The notes below the pieces were generated by a model that saw only the letters and a list, made by a program, of their open reading frames with translations, had not been told where the DNA came from and searched no databases. The translations under genes and the position numbers were made by a program. DNA of 23,282 nucleotides from Candidatus Aenigmatarchaeota archaeon (lineage in GTDB: Archaea; Aenigmatarchaeota; Aenigmatarchaeia; QMZP01; QMZT01): assembly GCA_041489155.1 (NCBI GenBank), contig JBGPQP010000014.1, positions 1-23,282 on the forward strand. Direction: 5' to 3'. Within the stretch, counting starts at the first letter, position 1; each line of letters starts with the position of its first letter. This document shows positions 16,701 through 23,282 of this stretch, piece after piece.

Positions 16701-19700
16701 GGTACATGTTGCCCTCGCATACCGTGGAGTTATCGAAGTGGCAGAGCAGGAACAAGCCTCTCGCATAATCCAGGCCCGTGACTTCGCTCAGGCTGACGGG
16801 TATGTACGTCGCCATAGGACTGCCATAATACAGGTAGAATTTCTTTTCCTGGTTGGGAGCGAGATCGGTCTTGAACCAGACCGTCGTCTTGGAGCGCTTG
16901 AAGGGCGTAGAATTGCTCCACGCCAGGTTCTTCTCTTCTCCTGCCGGGATTATCCTCAGGTCGCCGCCGTCGCTTCTCAGCTTGCCATTCTCTATGAGGA
17001 AGCCAGAGCCTATTGAAACATTAATCGGGTAGCCTTTAAGGTCAACGTTGTCATTGTTCTTGACGGTTATTATTCTCCTATATTTCACGTTCTCAGGCGC
17101 TTCCGCCCATGTAATCATCTTCTTCAGCTCGTCCACCACGTCAGCGCAGACGTCGTCCAACTGCTGTCTGCTCTTGTAGTATATGCCGCTCTCGTAGCCG
17201 CAGAGCTTTATCACCCCTTCGGGTGAACAGTAGCAGTCCTCGTCTATCGAGTAGTCGCAGTCGTTGTCGCGCAAGTCGCAGGTCTCGTCGTGCTTGAGCT
17301 TTATCGCCTTGCCGCTGAACGTCTCGTCGGGGTTGACGGTCGTGTTGCACACCGCCTCGTCGCCGTGGACGTTACACACGTAGTTGCCGCCGGCGCAGGC
17401 GCCGTAACCGCAGGTCTTGCCCACGTTCGGGAAGCTCTCGTCAGCTAGGCCATTGCAATCGTTGTCCATGCCGTCGCATTTTTCCTTGACGTTCCATTTG
17501 ATTTCGACGGACTCGTTCGGGCTTCTCCTCGCGCATGCGCAGTCCTTTGCTCCGTCGTCTATGACGCCGTTGCAGTCCGAGTCTATGCCGTCGCACGACG
17601 CATCGCCGCCGGCCTTGAGCCTGTGTATAATATCTGCATCGGTCAGCAGGGCGCAGCCGCAGGTCTCTATTGCCGGCACGTCGTCAACCCTGCCGTTGCA
17701 GTTGTCATCGATGCCGTTGCAGGCCTCTTCTGAAGGCGAGGAAGCGGTGCAGCTGCAGGTGTCGCTGAGGACCGTGAACTTCTTTTGTTCGAACCTGCAC
17801 GTGCTCGTGTTCTGGTAGTAATGGCTGCATTCGAGGTACGTGAGGTTCTCCCTTAATACGTAATTGTCATCGACGATGCTGATGTATTGGATGCGTCTTA
17901 TGTTCATGCATTGTCTTACCTTCTCGGTGCACGTGTTTAGAGTAACATTGCCCGAGACCGTCACCGGCGTTTCGGCCAGGTTGCATGATGAGGAGTTGTA
18001 AAGCTTCTTGCACCATTCGTAAGGACTGCCGTCCTTCATGCACTGCTGCACGGCGGCATCGCAGGTGTTTATCCACACCTTGCCCTGCGCGTCGTCAACG
18101 ACGCCGTTGCAGTCGTCGTCGATGCTATTGCATTTTTCAGGAGACGCAGGAGCTCCCATGAAGCAGCCGCACTGGGTGACCTGGTATGGATTCTTCTTGC
18201 CGCCGCTTACTATTATCTCGTTTATCATCAGGTCAAAGCTCATGACGTCGTCAACGATGCCATCGCAGTCGTCGTCTATGCCGTTGCATGCCTCGGGAGA
18301 CGGGTAAACGGGAAGGTCGTTGCTCGTCTCGTATTCCCATCGCAGGTACGTGTTGCTCAGATTCTTGCACGTCCTCAGGCCGGGCTTGCAGGCGCCCTTG
18401 CCTTTCGTTCCCGGATATGTGGCATCATCATAATAATACTGCTTTTCTCCTTCCCTCAGGCAGTCAACGACGCTGAACCCGTAATTCCGGATTTTGTTAT
18501 ACTGGATCGAGGTGTTGCCGGAGGTCATGTTGTAGGTCGCCGTAAGAACGAGCGTGTATTTCTTTCTCTCGCCGGGAACCCTGAAGCCGAAGTCATCGAA
18601 AAGGTTGAAGGGGATGGTGTAGTTTTTGTCCAGGATCTTGTCGGCGTTTTCGCCGAGTTTTGCAAGTATGTTCCAGCCGTCAATCTCGTTGCCTGTATAA
18701 TTGAGGTCGATCTTTGTAAGAGGTTCGGTACCCTTGAGCTTCAGCTTCACTCTCTTCAACTCCCAGAGCGGCCCTACCGTAGGGAAGGGCAGTGCGAAGG
18801 TCGAGGAGGCGCTCTGGTTGAGCTCGTTTATGCAGTCCAGCCTGCAGCCCCATCCGGGCCTGCAGTAGCAGCACTTGCCTGTCCCAGTTTTTATGTCGCA
18901 GAACTGGTTGGTGAAGTTCGACTGGTACAAAACGCCTTCCGTGTAATCCAGCGTGGCGCTGGATTTTACCAGGACGCAGAGCTTGTTTCCGCCCCTTGTA
19001 CTGTCATCAAAAGGCGGCAGGAAGTTTGCTATGTAAGAATAGCCGTAGCCCTTGTAGTCGTTTAGGGTAATTTTATCGTCACCTGTTGCGCCATCCGTGC
19101 TGACGCTGAACTTCATCAGGCAGCATCTCATCTCGTAGGCTCCCTTAATATAGCTGTATCTGTTGTCTGCAACGCAGTCGGTTTCCCATGAAGCCCAGTC
19201 ATCCGCCTTCTTGCACTCGTAAAGGCCACCCACCTTTTTTCTCTCGCCAAGCCATTCCCTCACATACAAATCCCTTTGGGTGTCGATGCTTTTCCGGTCG
19301 AAATTAACGTTGCTGTTGCCGGATTTAATGAAGCCTGTCTTCTTCGTCGGATCGCCTCCGACGTTGTCCCACTGGTCGGGGTTGAAGCCGAGGTGGGTTA
19401 TCCAGCCGTACTTGTTAGTCTTGATGCCCAGATATTCGTCATTACCGCAGGCCTCCCTAAGCGAACACCAAACCTCATCGTTGTCGCAGAGGTTATCTGA
19501 ACGGACATGATTCGTTGAAAAATAATAAAAGTTCCTTACCTCCTTCAGGCCTTGGTTCGCGAGCACGCTGGCCTTGCCCGTGATATGCAGACCGTTCGCG
19601 CCGGGCGCCTCGCTGCTCATGAAGGCTCCGTTGCCGAGGATGTCAAGGAGCGACGCGTCTTTCGCCTGCTCGCTCTCGACTCTCAGGCCGACAGGATTTT

Positions 19701-21066
19701 CACCCTCATCGCCAGTCTCGCCTTCCCCTCCGCCCGATGTCCTGCCGAACGGGTCGTTGTACAGGTAAAACTCAATCCTGTACCAGCTGTCGGGTTCAAG
19801 ACCCATGTCGAAGGGACAACCTATGCTCTGGAAGCCCCCTTTCTGTGCCAGCTCGCTGCGGCATGACCAGTTGAATTGCACATCCCACGAGCCGGTGCCT
19901 AAATTCTGCCTGTAAACATAAAACCTTGCGCCGTCGTCCGGATACATCCTGAACTGCACGGAGCCGAGAAGCCTTCTTACCGTGTGCACATAAGTCTCTA
20001 TTTTCCAGGAGTGCGCAGTGCCCCAGCCCAGGTCCCAGCTCTTGTCGACAACAGGGTCATTCGGGACATAATTGCTGTCGGTGAACTCGTAATAAAGAAT
20101 GGCGCCTTTCTGCATGGGGACGGTCTTCCAGTCTTTGCCGCCGAAGTCGTCCCAGGAGCTCCTGTCTATCTGGTAAGTGCGCTCATACTCGGTGCAGGTA
20201 CCCCCGAAGCAAACGTAGCCAACGCGTCCATGCTCTATGCAACAATCTTTATTACAAGTACAAGGAGCTTCATCTCCGACACAGTCGCCGTTCAGGCCTG
20301 ACCTGGTGCAGTTGTAAGTGGCTCCTCTGCATCCTGGAGCGGGCACACAAATCCCTGGAGAATAAGGGGAATCTAACCATCCATATGAGCAGCATTGCGT
20401 GTGCTGCGTGCAGGCAGTGCTTCCTACCTCAGGATATGTGTATTTGCCTTTCGTGCATTGCAGGAAGCCGACATGCCTGTTGCACAGAAAACCTGTAGGT
20501 TGGCTGTCGTCGAAGTCCCACGGGCCGGAGCAGTAATGGCCCTGGAAATCTGTTACCGGGATGCCCTGTACGACCCTGCCGTAGACCTTCCACCTGTTCT
20601 TGAAGTCGTTCTCGCCTTCCCACGGGTAGGGATCTCTCTGCTTTTGCTCTACGTCATAATTGAACTCTATCGGCGTGTATGTGTAATTCCTGCCCTCGAC
20701 CGTCGCGGAGAAGTTGAAGTATACGGGTCTGAAGACGTATAGGCCGTTGGTTAGGATGTTGTACTTCTCCAGATAGGGCTTTAGGTAAAGCATCTTTGAA
20801 GATATGCCTTCGCCGACCCTAAATATCTCGGCCGTTACTGTGGACTGGTTCCCTGTAACGTTGAAAGGGTAGTCGAAGGTGAGGTTAAAATCGAGGTCCA
20901 TGGGTTGATTCTTTACGAAGTTGCCCAGGTCATGGTCCTTGGCCGGCACCTGGAACTCGACGTACGGATGATAGACGTCGCTCATAGTTGACGCGGCCAA
21001 AAACAACGACAAAAATAAAACAAAAGGAATTAGATAGACTCTCCTATAGGAACCCCCACCCGACAT
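13735..21066 (-). CDS. Giant (2443 aa) membrane-anchored Cys-rich adhesin-like protein: PA14-like, DUF2341 and LamG/concanavalin-like domains, 21 putative metal-binding repeats, C-terminal TM
   Basis: N-terminal signal or anchor. PA14-like 'QFRMYPDDGARFYV...GLEPDSWYRIEFYLYN'. DUF2341 'YRRIITV...DGGDLRI...VWFK...FYLYYGSP'. LamG 'GTIMMWVKP...WHHIAATWD...LYVDG...IDELAVYSQA'. Also repeats, a DCGGSC module and a TM helix. Confidence 0.9.
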   Translation of the reverse strand: MSGGGSYRRVYLIPFVLFLSLFLAASTMSDVYHPYVEFQVPAKDHDLGNFVKNQPMDLDFNLTFDYPFNVTGNQSTVTAEIFRVGEGISSKMLYLKPYLEKYNILTNGLYVFRPVYFNFSATVEGRNYTYTPIEFNYDVEQKQRDPYPWEGENDFKNRWKVYGRVVQGIPVTDFQGHYCSGPWDFDDSQPTGFLCNRHVGFLQCTKGKYTYPEVGSTACTQHTQCCSYGWLDSPYSPGICVPAPGCRGATYNCTRSGLNGDCVGDEAPCTCNKDCCIEHGRVGYVCFGGTCTEYERTYQIDRSSWDDFGGKDWKTVPMQKGAILYYEFTDSNYVPNDPVVDKSWDLGWGTAHSWKIETYVHTVRRLLGSVQFRMYPDDGARFYVYRQNLGTGSWDVQFNWSCRSELAQKGGFQSIGCPFDMGLEPDSWYRIEFYLYNDPFGRTSGGGEGETGDEGENPVGLRVESEQAKDASLLDILGNGAFMSSEAPGANGLHITGKASVLANQGLKEVRNFYYFSTNHVRSDNLCDNDEVWCSLREACGNDEYLGIKTNKYGWITHLGFNPDQWDNVGGDPTKKTGFIKSGNSNVNFDRKSIDTQRDLYVREWLGERKKVGGLYECKKADDWASWETDCVADNRYSYIKGAYEMRCCLMKFSVSTDGATGDDKITLNDYKGYGYSYIANFLPPFDDSTRGGNKLCVLVKSSATLDYTEGVLYQSNFTNQFCDIKTGTGKCCYCRPGWGCRLDCINELNQSASSTFALPFPTVGPLWELKRVKLKLKGTEPLTKIDLNYTGNEIDGWNILAKLGENADKILDKNYTIPFNLFDDFGFRVPGERKKYTLVLTATYNMTSGNTSIQYNKIRNYGFSVVDCLREGEKQYYYDDATYPGTKGKGACKPGLRTCKNLSNTYLRWEYETSNDLPVYPSPEACNGIDDDCDGIVDDVMSFDLMINEIIVSGGKKNPYQVTQCGCFMGAPASPEKCNSIDDDCNGVVDDAQGKVWINTCDAAVQQCMKDGSPYEWCKKLYNSSSCNLAETPVTVSGNVTLNTCTEKVRQCMNIRRIQYISIVDDNYVLRENLTYLECSHYYQNTSTCRFEQKKFTVLSDTCSCTASSPSEEACNGIDDNCNGRVDDVPAIETCGCALLTDADIIHRLKAGGDASCDGIDSDCNGVIDDGAKDCACARRSPNESVEIKWNVKEKCDGMDNDCNGLADESFPNVGKTCGYGACAGGNYVCNVHGDEAVCNTTVNPDETFSGKAIKLKHDETCDLRDNDCDYSIDEDCYCSPEGVIKLCGYESGIYYKSRQQLDDVCADVVDELKKMITWAEAPENVKYRRIITVKNNDNVDLKGYPINVSIGSGFLIENGKLRSDGGDLRIIPAGEEKNLAWSNSTPFKRSKTTVWFKTDLAPNQEKKFYLYYGSPMATYIPVSLSEVTGLDYARGLFLLCHFDNSTVCEGNMYPKNVYGVTFVEDTRDLMEETVPVQGAYIDGVDKLLYPTSENFNKNRGTIMMWVKPTDLTEEHYLFYSKDFNGGNQFSLYLSENGTVFQVFDKTGKNYTINAGIINLEWHHIAATWDNLKGISLYVDGVQKATKSVTWEANDIGLDVYIGGEGTSKTAYSLIDELAVYSQAFDQAAIREKMRYYQPYSSLGQEETINETIAEEEVDIYEKCTSMLENITSEDSEKKATVLGLCDSVRICQKTDFPVSSVSECTFGTQACEGTEWNNCTAMMPKTELCNMKDDDCNAEIDDIAVPETCACSNGGKPSIEVCNGIDDDCNGVVDDVKGGASIEATHCGCFDQIVNITQKTNETETACNGIDDNCNGLIDENLEKCACAGTVFGPYNNTWATAISVEKCDDIDNDCSGVIDDPWQQGGSSVNKFEFLGASCSPLNSRCIGGMFVCSKDGTGIVCSTTSNEGIAGSDLRMNETCNALDDDCDGKIDNVWGDISNKFCRCYNGVPRGEETCNGIDDDCNGLIDDGLTDCGCSIDMEVNANNMNQLAVMISTKKASGEICNNIDDDCNGLIDDGLEGKCFCSGGFAGNAAAKPEFCNGIDDDCDGRIDNVANTAACACYNGTHKSGELQEICDGIDNDCNGLIDEDWPTLGGACGMGACSGGVYECSQNKETAVCSTEKGGSQDKAIDEECGDNIDNDCNGVIDENCICDVDGEQRKCSADVGECREGIQTCADKKWSNCIGGIMPVPETCDRKDNNCNDVIDDLPAGGCGCYGGADKTTETCDGVDNDCNGIVDDIGGKDSVDETKCGCYDNAYAKGAKPETCNMIDDDCDGVIDNVRDGASVEAARCACYNDALPGVESCNKIDDDCDEATDEDWANVGQTCGDGICAGVFICSEDGKTLVCNGGQPATEVCDEKDNNCDGRIDEGCLGGAEVGSCENGMQDGKEEGIDCGGSCPNPCAGPTQPIQSGTWMIVFIALVVVIVAVGIVLVFVKP
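13945..18294 (-). repeat. Coding repeat array: 21 x xxC(N/D)xxD(D/N)(D/N)C(N/D)xxxD (6 before and 15 after the DUF2341/LamG insert)
   Basis: Counted from the translation, EACNGIDDDCDGIVD through EVCDEKDNNCDGRID. Confidence 0.88.
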
Positions 21067-21088
21067 GTATTATTATTTTATTTACAAT

Positions 21089-21096
21089 TATATAAA
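21089..21096 (-). promoter_or_regulatory. Putative TATA box for the surface-protein operon (likely leaderless transcript)
   Basis: TTTATATA on the minus strand, 23-30 nt upstream of the ATG at 21066. There is no SD motif before this ATG, whereas most downstream genes have one. Confidence 0.55.
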
Positions 21097-21173
21097 TTAA
21101 TAGCCGCGGCGCGGTTTGCGGGTAATAAACGATTGGGTAAAAACATTTGGGCAGAACAAACTTGCCTGAGAAC

Positions 21174-21494
21174 TTATCCGAGGAATTTCTCGAGCCTCTG
21201 TTTTATCATGGCCTTCGGCAGCGCGCCAGTAAGGCGGTCGACCATCCTGCCGTTCTTGAACACCAGCATGGTGGGGATGGACATTATGCCGTATTTGCCG
21301 GCGCTTTCCGTGTTCTGGTCCACGTTCATCTTAGCAAAGGCGATGCCTTTCATCTCGCCGGCGAGCTCGTCTATCACGGGCTTGAGCGCCTGGCACGGAC
21401 CGCACCAGTCCGCATAGAAATCAATCAGCGCGAGCTTGTGCTTCTTCAGGAATTCGTTCAGGCATGCATCGTCAATAGCGTTAACCTTTGTCAT
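21174..21494 (-). CDS. trxA: Thioredoxin
   Basis: DFYADWCGPC active site, 'YGIMSIPTMLVFKNG', 106 aa. Confidence 0.95.
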   Translation of the reverse strand: MTKVNAIDDACLNEFLKKHKLALIDFYADWCGPCQALKPVIDELAGEMKGIAFAKMNVDQNTESAGKYGIMSIPTMLVFKNGRMVDRLTGALPKAMIKQRLEKFLG

Positions 21495-21518
21495 GGCAAT
21501 CGTCTTTCACTGAACCCG

Positions 21519-22760
21519 TCACAACCCTCTCCACTTCATCGTCTCTGCAACACGCTTGACCGAGAGGATATAAGCAGCGGTTCTCATGTCGACCTTGTAT
21601 TTTTCCTTTATGGCTGCGATGTCCCTGAAGGCCTTTGTCATGAGGCGGTCCAGCCTCTCGTTAACTTCCTCTTTGGACCAGTAATAATTCATGTTGTTCT
21701 GCACCCACTCGAAATACGAGACCGTCACGCCGCCTGCATTGGTCAGGATGTCGGGAACGACCATGACGCCTTTCCTGTTGAGGATTTCATCGGCTTCGGG
21801 CGTTGTAGGTCCGTTCGCTCCCTCGATGACGAAACGCGCCTTCACGCTGCCGGCGTTCTCCTTCGTAAGAACGTTTTCCAGAGCGCACGGGGCGAGAATG
21901 TCGCACTTCATCGCGAGCAGCTCCTCATTCGAAATTTTCTTCGCCCCTTTCAGGCCGACGACGCTGCCCGTCTTGTCCTTGTGGGCCATCACTTCGTTGG
22001 GGTTCAGGCCCTTCGGGTTGTAGATGCCGCCTTGCGAATCGGAGGCGGCGATGACCTTTATGCCCATCTTGTTGAAAAGCGCGGCAGCGACGTGGCCCAA
22101 GTTGCCGTAGCCCTGTATCACCGCGGTCATCCGCTTCGGATTGAGTTTCTTGTATTTTACCAGTTCCCTAGTGACGACGGCGAGGCCGTGGCCTGTCGCT
22201 TCATCCCTTCCCTCCGAGCCAAAGCAGTCGACGGGTTTGCCCGTTATCACGCTAGGCGCGTTGTAGCCCTTTCTCTTCGAGAACTCGTCCATCATCCATG
22301 CCATTATCTTGGGGTTCGTGTAAACATCAGGCGCAGGGATATCCTTCTTGGGGCCTATAAAATCTCCCATCGTGCGCACGTACCCCCGAGAAAGCCGCTC
22401 GAGTTCGCCTTCGCTCATCTCCTTCGGGTTGCACACTACGCCGCCCTTCGCGCCGCCGTAGGGGACTCCCACGACCGAGCATTTCCACGTCATCCAGGAG
22501 GCGAGCGCCTTTACCTCGTTGACGTTGACGTTCGGATGGAAGCGTATGCCGCCTTTGTACGGTCCGCGCGCGTTGTTGTGGTGGACGCGATAGCCCTTGA
22601 ATACGCGGATTTTTCCGTTGTCCATTCTTACGGGAATCGAGACCTCTAGATACTCGTTTACTTCTTTAAGCACTTCGTAAACATCATCCCCCATCTTGAG
22701 GACGTCTATCGCCTTTTTCAGCTGCTTCTGAGCGGATTCAAAAGGATTGACCTCTGCCAT
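21519..22760 (-). CDS. gdhA: Glutamate dehydrogenase (Glu/Leu/Phe/Val dehydrogenase family)
   Basis: RGPYKGGIRFHP, MTWKCS...YGGAKGG, DIPAPDV, ITGKP, QGYGNLG, EGANGP, PDILTNAGGVTVSYFEWVQN. SD GGGGTGA precedes the ATG at 22760. Confidence 0.96.
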   Translation of the reverse strand: MAEVNPFESAQKQLKKAIDVLKMGDDVYEVLKEVNEYLEVSIPVRMDNGKIRVFKGYRVHHNNARGPYKGGIRFHPNVNVNEVKALASWMTWKCSVVGVPYGGAKGGVVCNPKEMSEGELERLSRGYVRTMGDFIGPKKDIPAPDVYTNPKIMAWMMDEFSKRKGYNAPSVITGKPVDCFGSEGRDEATGHGLAVVTRELVKYKKLNPKRMTAVIQGYGNLGHVAAALFNKMGIKVIAASDSQGGIYNPKGLNPNEVMAHKDKTGSVVGLKGAKKISNEELLAMKCDILAPCALENVLTKENAGSVKARFVIEGANGPTTPEADEILNRKGVMVVPDILTNAGGVTVSYFEWVQNNMNYYWSKEEVNERLDRLMTKAFRDIAAIKEKYKVDMRTAAYILSVKRVAETMKWRGL

Positions 22761-22843
22761 CACCATCACCCCACACCAAGCCAAAGTCTGAAAATTAATG
22801 AGTAGTTATTTTATTGCATTCTATTATTTATTAGAGTTTTGCT

Positions 22844-23282
22844 TCATGCGCGTTTTCTGACGTACTTGTAAGCAGATCTTGCAGCGTTCGCTCCCTCGCC
22901 TGCCGCGATGATTATCTGCTCGAAGTCAGCGGAGCCGTTGGTGACGTCGCCGGCCGCGAAGACTCCCTTGACGTTCGTTGCCATGTCGCTTCCGACTTTT
23001 ATCTTCCCCGACCTGCCGTCGAGCGCTACGCCCAGCCTGTGCGCGAGCTCTGTCTGCGGTATAGAGCCAACCTCAACGAAAACGCCCTCGACCTTCAGCC
23101 TGAACTCCTTGTCCGCCTTGTCAAAAACCATCGCCTCGACAAACTCCTTGCCCTCGATTCTTTTCGGCGCAAGGGAGAAAAGCATCTTTATCTTCTTGTT
23201 CTGTTCGGCCGCCTTCACCCACGCGGGCATGGCGCGCATGTCGCACTTTTCCTTCCTGTACGCCAGGTAAATCTTTTTCGTG
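22844..23282 (-). CDS. trxB: Thioredoxin reductase-like FAD-dependent oxidoreductase, C-terminal part (5' end outside the window)
   Basis: The frame is open to the window edge (KKIYLAYRKEKCDMRAMP...). Motifs 'EGVFVEVGSIP', 'TNVKGVFAAGDVT', 'QIIIAAGEGANAA'. Confidence 0.85.
   Translation of the reverse strand, partial: TKKIYLAYRKEKCDMRAMPAWVKAAEQNKKIKMLFSLAPKRIEGKEFVEAMVFDKADKEFRLKVEGVFVEVGSIPQTELAHRLGVALDGRSGKIKVGSDMATNVKGVFAAGDVTNGSADFEQIIIAAGEGANAARSAYKYVRKRA

Noticed and set aside
8889..18294. Recurring ~30-bp DNA motif (ccgttgcagtcgtcgtc..atgccgttgca) as a possible CRISPR array
   Set aside because: The copies are degenerate at codon third positions, irregularly spaced and in frame within long ORFs. 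No cas genes are present.
8548..18307. Many plus-strand ORFs with repeated 'PLQSSSMPL' or Arg/Cys-rich text
   Set aside because: They are antisense translations of the CNGIDDDCNG repeats.
21147..22649. 500-aa plus-strand ORF
   Set aside because: It is the antisense shadow of gdhA/trxA, which have unambiguous motifs. Long antisense ORFs are common opposite genes with strong codon bias, and this one has no recognisable motifs.

Overview
Archaeal genomic DNA. It carries a TBP gene, an archaeal class III-signal pilin, a tetraether lipid synthase, TATA boxes and GGAGG/GGTG SD motifs. A DPANN-like lineage is my inference from the gene style and is not proven. Positions 1-~490 are a bacterial-style ABC exporter membrane domain fused tail-to-tail to a half-length tbp gene, most likely a chimeric junction. 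Next come housekeeping genes (membrane protein, PiT phosphate transporter plus DUF47 regulator, TsaC/YrdC, Tes) and a divergent GbsR/MarR-type regulator. The centre (5.8-21.1 kb, minus strand) is a ~15 kb apparent operon of secreted Cys-rich surface proteins: a 2443-aa and a ~1137-aa membrane-anchored 'stalk' built from ExC(N/D)GxD(D/N)DC(N/D)GxxD repeats, a type IV pilin-like protein, three paralogous secreted proteins with conserved ends and variable middles, and a remnant of a fourth. The best candidate for a new system is a split domain. The three paralogs each begin with what looks like the N-terminal half of a CBM6/35-like jelly-roll, and the ~1137-aa stalk begins with the missing C-terminal half. 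This suggests interchangeable adhesin heads docking on one membrane-anchored stalk (an inference, testable by structure prediction). The window ends with trxA, gdhA and a partial trxB.
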